From positions 224,001 through 288,000 of the forward strand of contig CAWCYI010000006.1 in assembly GCA_963799845.1 (NCBI GenBank): 64,000 nt of DNA. Reading direction: 5' to 3'. Origin of the DNA: an uncultured Nitrososphaerota archaeon (GTDB taxonomy: Archaea; Thermoproteota; Nitrososphaeria; Nitrososphaerales; CADDZS01). Below the pieces are notes generated by a model that was not told the origin of the DNA, made no database searches, and worked only from the letters and a program-made list of their open reading frames with translations. Of the stretch, positions 59,869-64,000 are shown piece after piece. Position numbers and translations under genes: made by a program. Positions within the stretch are counted from its first letter, which is position 1; every line of letters starts with the position of its first letter.

Positions 59869-60936
59869 TTAGTTCATTTCGATGTTGGAAAGAAGCGAGT
59901 CGAAATCGAGAACTTGATCAATATCGTCGTCCAAGTTGACTGCTGCACGGCCTAGTGCCTGATCAACCGGATCGTACGAGTCGAACTTTGTCGTGGAGAA
60001 TCCCGTTGCCATGATTATAGCTGTCGACATTGATGATGAGTTTGCAGAAAGGCCATATTCTATCTGCATTGTCCCTGATCCAAGGACGCCTGAAAGACCA
60101 CCGATTGAAGTCACCAACTCACTCATCGTGATTGACTTATCAGTACAAAGATGAACCAAAGATTTGGACGCTTCTCTTGTATTGACCGTCTTGTCGAAAT
60201 GGCTCGCCGCGTTAATCACAGCCTGCCGATACTCCGAGATCAAAATCGAATCTCCCAGACAGAGCACACTGTAGGAATTCGTCTTTACAAAATTCACGAC
60301 ATTGTTCATGCCAATACTGAATTCATGCTGCTCAGTCGAACCGAGAAGTTTGTTGAGAGCAAGTGCGATCTTCTGGTTAACGAGGGCATATGCATCGATG
60401 AGTGGGAGATCTTGCTGGAGCAATTCGTCATTGTCGATAACAACCACACCTGAAGCGTGTTTTCGGACTTGTTTTAGAGCGCTACCTGCAAAGAAGTGCT
60501 TTGATTTCTCAAAGTTGTACGGCATAACCATTATTGCGACTGTGACCGCTCCTTTTGCACTCGCTTCTTGGGCAATCATGGGAGCTATTGCGGAGCCAAC
60601 AGTGCCACCTAGGCCTGCGATTATGAAAACGATGTCGCTGTCACTAATATTCTGGCGAATCTGTGGGAGCTTCCCTGAGGCAATACCTCTCAATTTGAAA
60701 GGAGTAGACTTACTGCTCGCGCCCAACTCCACTAGAATTCTCTCACCTTTAGTGATGTTAGCAATATCATGATCGTCGCAAGTAATGTACACAAAATGTT
60801 CCAAAAGTTTGCTTTCCTTAGAAAGTTGATTCCCAATCTTACATCCGGCACTGCCGATGCAGACGACTGCGACCTTGCGACCATAACCAGGAGCTGAGTA
60901 CGGAAAATCTGTCAGTTTTAGATCTAGTTGCGACAA
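59869..60936 (-). CDS. ftsZ: Divergent FtsZ/tubulin family GTPase
   Basis: IGSAGCKI, AGLGGTVGS.IAP, MPYNFE, IDNDEL, IMATG. Confidence 0.85.
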   Translation of the reverse strand: MSQLDLKLTDFPYSAPGYGRKVAVVCIGSAGCKIGNQLSKESKLLEHFVYITCDDHDIANITKGERILVELGASSKSTPFKLRGIASGKLPQIRQNISDSDIVFIIAGLGGTVGSAIAPMIAQEASAKGAVTVAIMVMPYNFEKSKHFFAGSALKQVRKHASGVVVIDNDELLQQDLPLIDAYALVNQKIALALNKLLGSTEQHEFSIGMNNVVNFVKTNSYSVLCLGDSILISEYRQAVINAASHFDKTVNTREASKSLVHLCTDKSITMSELVTSIGGLSGVLGSGTMQIEYGLSANSSSMSTAIIMATGFSTTKFDSYDPVDQALGRAAVNLDDDIDQVLDFDSLLSNIEMN

Positions 60937-61025
60937 AATGGGAGACTCATTTTTGCCTACGAAAAAGATCAGATATTATTATCGATGATTAGTTAAGTTA
61001 GTAGCTCTTGTCAACTAAGTTTCGT

Positions 61026-62339
61026 TTATGTCCTTGTCGGAGAAATTTTAGCCCTTAGGGTTGAGGAGGTCGATCCTACAACTTCAACTTCAACTTCCGA
61101 TCCGAGAATTGGTTCCTGACCGGAGAAATTGCCATCCTGGATTAGGCAAGGTTTGTATGCATAGTTTCTTCCGACGACCGCATCTTTGACTCTCTCATCA
61201 AGTATCACCCTGCCCTTCCATCCGATCCAATGGGAATTAACCTCGTTCTGTATTCTTCTTGAGAGTGTCGTCATCAAACCGGATCTTTTCCTTGCCTCAT
61301 CCGATGCAATCTGATCTTCCATGACAGCAGCTTTCGTACCTGGTCTCGCACCGAATCTTGATAAATTCAGAACATCAGGTCTTGTTCTCACCAGCAGCTC
61401 CATCGATTCTTCAAATTCGGTTTCGGTCTCTGACGGAAATCCAACGATCATATCCGTACTGAGGGTGATATCGGGAATCTCCTCTCGCAAGCGAGAGACC
61501 ATCGATTCAAAATCTGAAACAGCGTAGCCCCTCTGCATTTCTCTCAAAACTCGATTACTTCCTGATTGAACCGGGAGGTGGGCAAATTTGAAAACTTTGT
61601 CGAGTTCAAAGCAATCCAAGATTTCTTCCAAGTCCCGCCTTGTGAGCAATGGATTCATCATCCCGACTCTAATTTTGAAATCTCCGGGAACCGCAGCAAC
61701 CTTTCTGATGAGAGCAGGCAGACTTGTCTTTGAGTCTCGGCCATAAGCAGCATTGTCCGTCGAAGTCAGCCAAATTTCCTTCGCACCCTGAGAGACAAAA
61801 GATCTCACCTCGTTTATGATATCTAACGCCGGATAACTGAAAACCGTCCCCTTGACTAGCTTGACCTGACAAAATGTGCAGCTGCTCAAGCAACCGGACG
61901 AGATTTCAACTATCCCGATAACCGAGTTCAACCTGCTTCTCGGTAGACCCAGCTTTACGAGCTTTCTTGGCTCCAAAGAAACGGTCCGCTGTCCCCCCAT
62001 AACCGAAAGAATCGCAGGGATAATCTCCTCTAGATTGTTGGGTCCAATCATACTCAAGTTCTGATTGATCTCAATCACCTTCTGAGGATCTGCTTTTGGT
62101 AGACAGCCCGCAACAATCACCTTCTTTGATCCATTTTTAGACAGGGCACGGATCCGGCTTAACATCCTCTGCTCTGTGACCGTCTTCACGGAGCAAGTCA
62201 CCAGTATTGCGACGTCCGCCTCGTTTTCGTCTCCAACTATTCTTAGACCATCGTTCTCAATCATTCCGGAAATGATCTCAGTATCTGCCATACTCGCAGA
62301 GCAACCGTGTCCCTCAACGAAAACGCTAGTCATTTCCAT
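61026..62339 (-). CDS. mtaB: tRNA t6A37 methylthiotransferase (MiaB-like, archaeal)
   Basis: GCSAS, TCSVK, GCL..CTFC (radical SAM), HLPVQSGS, TRAM domain. Confidence 0.92.
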   Translation of the reverse strand: MEMTSVFVEGHGCSASMADTEIISGMIENDGLRIVGDENEADVAILVTCSVKTVTEQRMLSRIRALSKNGSKKVIVAGCLPKADPQKVIEINQNLSMIGPNNLEEIIPAILSVMGGQRTVSLEPRKLVKLGLPRSRLNSVIGIVEISSGCLSSCTFCQVKLVKGTVFSYPALDIINEVRSFVSQGAKEIWLTSTDNAAYGRDSKTSLPALIRKVAAVPGDFKIRVGMMNPLLTRRDLEEILDCFELDKVFKFAHLPVQSGSNRVLREMQRGYAVSDFESMVSRLREEIPDITLSTDMIVGFPSETETEFEESMELLVRTRPDVLNLSRFGARPGTKAAVMEDQIASDEARKRSGLMTTLSRRIQNEVNSHWIGWKGRVILDERVKDAVVGRNYAYKPCLIQDGNFSGQEPILGSEVEVEVVGSTSSTLRAKISPTRT

Positions 62340-62443
62340 ACGGGTCCTCCTCTATATCGGAAAATGATTGGAGCGTTTCTATTTCTTTCTAGTGACTCCT
62401 CAAGAAACGCTTTATTGGCGAGGCATGAATTCGGCAATCCTGA

Positions 62444-63151
62444 ATGCATCCCCATGCAATCATTCTGGAGGAAGCATCTTTGGAATTGGTCCCGAAGCGA
62501 TTCTGGGGTCATGAGTCCTGCAAGATTGTTGAAGCAAGATTTGGAGTACCTCCTCAATCACAAATTCTGGACGACAACTTCCACCACAAGATAATTGCAA
62601 CTATTCCCAATAGCGAGAAAAGGGGAAGACCCGACATTGTCCACTTTGCCTTACTTGATATCGTAAGCACGCCCGCCTATTGGTTGGACCTGATACGACC
62701 CATAATCCGCACCATAAACGGGGAAATTATAATCGTCAAGAAAGGAGTGCGTCTGCCGAGAACGGAGCTCCGATTCAATGGTCTGATGTCAAAGATCCTC
62801 CGAAACGAAGCCGGGCCAGATGAGCTGAAACTGTTTGAATACAGAGATAGTCAGCCAATGGGCAAACTTCTCGAATCTCTTAATCCATCCAAAGTATTTT
62901 GCCTGAGCGTCGTGGGGATCAAACGAGACTTGCACGAGCTCGTCGCGAATCTGGCCAGAGAGGTGGGCATTAGTTCATATGTTTGGGTAGTGGGGGGTTT
63001 CGCTAGGGGCCACTTCAGCGAGGAGGTCAACAGGCTCGCTGATGACCTGATCTCAATCTCAGGTTATCCGCTTTCGGCGCACGTCGTAACTGCTCGGCTC
63101 TCATATGAAATCGAGACGTCCAAGCAAAAATCGCACGAAGATTCGCCTTGA
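62444..63151 (+). CDS. nep1: rRNA pseudouridine methyltransferase Nep1/Emg1
   Basis: LELVP, ILD.NFH, KRGRPDIVH, RLPR...RF.GLM, GGF..GHF. Confidence 0.92.
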   Translation: MHPHAIILEEASLELVPKRFWGHESCKIVEARFGVPPQSQILDDNFHHKIIATIPNSEKRGRPDIVHFALLDIVSTPAYWLDLIRPIIRTINGEIIIVKKGVRLPRTELRFNGLMSKILRNEAGPDELKLFEYRDSQPMGKLLESLNPSKVFCLSVVGIKRDLHELVANLAREVGISSYVWVVGGFARGHFSEEVNRLADDLISISGYPLSAHVVTARLSYEIETSKQKSHEDSP

Positions 63152-63665
63152 ACCTACCCATTTTCTCATTTTCCTTCTCTTCCTTTGCGAGTCTTCCAAA
63201 ACTGTCGTAAAATAATCCAAGAACGTAACCAAATGCAAATGAGACAGGCAGTGCTGCGATCTGGGATATCAACGGAATGTAAGAAGGGTTACACTGATAC
63301 ACGAAAAAAACTGCCGGTCCTGCGAAAATACCTACCAAAAAGACTGGGATTCCAAGGGTCATCGCCTTCTTCTTGGAAGATGAACCAGGCAGTTTAAAGT
63401 AAAGGACTGAAAATAAAGCTCCATAAAACACTCCATAGATGAGGGCCCAAAGACCATAGACCATCGGGAAGTAAAGGACATCAGTGGCAAACTGGTCAGA
63501 CGCGGTTACGTTGGCGGGAGCGTTCAGCTTGATCAACTGCTGCGAGATGTAGCTGATTTGCGACGAGCTGCAGGCTTCCAGAGTACCCAGATGGAGTAGT
63601 CCCACCATAGCTCCATAGATCACGCCTGCGGCCAGACCGGCCTTCAGCCCCTGTGAAATCGGCAC
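63027..63665 (-). CDS. Hypothetical membrane protein (about 4 TM helices); 3' end uncertain
   Basis: Hydrophobic segments; the last ~40 codons overlap nep1. Confidence 0.7.
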   Translation of the reverse strand: MPISQGLKAGLAAGVIYGAMVGLLHLGTLEACSSSQISYISQQLIKLNAPANVTASDQFATDVLYFPMVYGLWALIYGVFYGALFSVLYFKLPGSSSKKKAMTLGIPVFLVGIFAGPAVFFVYQCNPSYIPLISQIAALPVSFAFGYVLGLFYDSFGRLAKEEKENEKMGRFKANLRAIFAWTSRFHMRAEQLRRAPKADNLRLRSGHQRAC

Positions 63666-63821
63666 TTTTTCGACACCTGAAATGGATTCTGATTTCCAAT
63701 TGACTTCATTAATCCGAAGAAATTATGCCTTCTGGGTGGCAGTGGTTGACTCCGGACAGTCTTTCACTGGCACGCATGGTCTAAAAAGTAGATTGGCAGA
63801 TGGAGGGTGTCGAAATCAACC

Positions 63822-64000
63822 ATGACCCTGATCGGAATAATTGGAGGTACCGGAGATCTGGGAACAGCTCTAGCAATACATCTGGCTAAAAATAATGACG
63901 TATTGCTGGGATCAAGAAATCTGGAAAAGGCGCAATCTACCGTAGAAACAATCCGAAGGGAAAAAAATCACCCTTACTTGTGGCAAAGCCTCAAACCTAC
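63822..64000 (+). CDS. npdG: F420-dependent NADP oxidoreductase family protein (partial, runs off the window)
   Basis: IGIIGGTGDLGTALA...LLGSRNLEKA. Confidence 0.8.
   Translation, partial: MTLIGIIGGTGDLGTALAIHLAKNNDVLLGSRNLEKAQSTVETIRREKNHPYLWQSLKP

Noticed and set aside
63027-63151. 125-bp convergent overlap between nep1 and the membrane protein
   Set aside because: The overlapping tail looks like nep1 antisense sequence; probably a lost or mis-sequenced stop, not resolvable here

Overview
Gene-dense archaeal chromosome segment. Gene content (thaumarchaeal-type FtsZ, wHTH-RibL, DUF1512, unlinked 5S rRNA) points to Nitrososphaerota/Thaumarchaeota, probably a basal lineage; this is an inference. 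It holds trpS-pheS-pheT, asnB, a 5S rRNA, a tRNA-Trp(CCA) with three BHB introns (the anticodon intron encodes a C/D-box guide for C34 and C39), an intact single-ORF IS66 with TIRs and an 8-bp TSD, a convergent de novo purine cluster, a flavin kinase/FAD synthetase/ECF transporter locus, the proteasome-exosome superoperon, alaS-leuS, gcvPA/PB, an rpp21-S19e-PDCD5-L39e-L31e cluster, a divergent ftsZ, mtaB and nep1. The most notable observations are: (1) a ribophorin-I (RPN1/Ost1)-like type-I membrane protein hidden by a frameshift; (2) the triple-intron, self-guiding tRNA-Trp; (3) eight of nine inferred 1-bp frameshifts lie at or next to AGCT, which suggests methylation-induced base-calling errors and therefore an AGCT methylome; (4) a triple repeat carrying five AGCT sites and a long inverted repeat upstream of purF. 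All calls come from reading the sequence and motifs by eye; no database searches were run.
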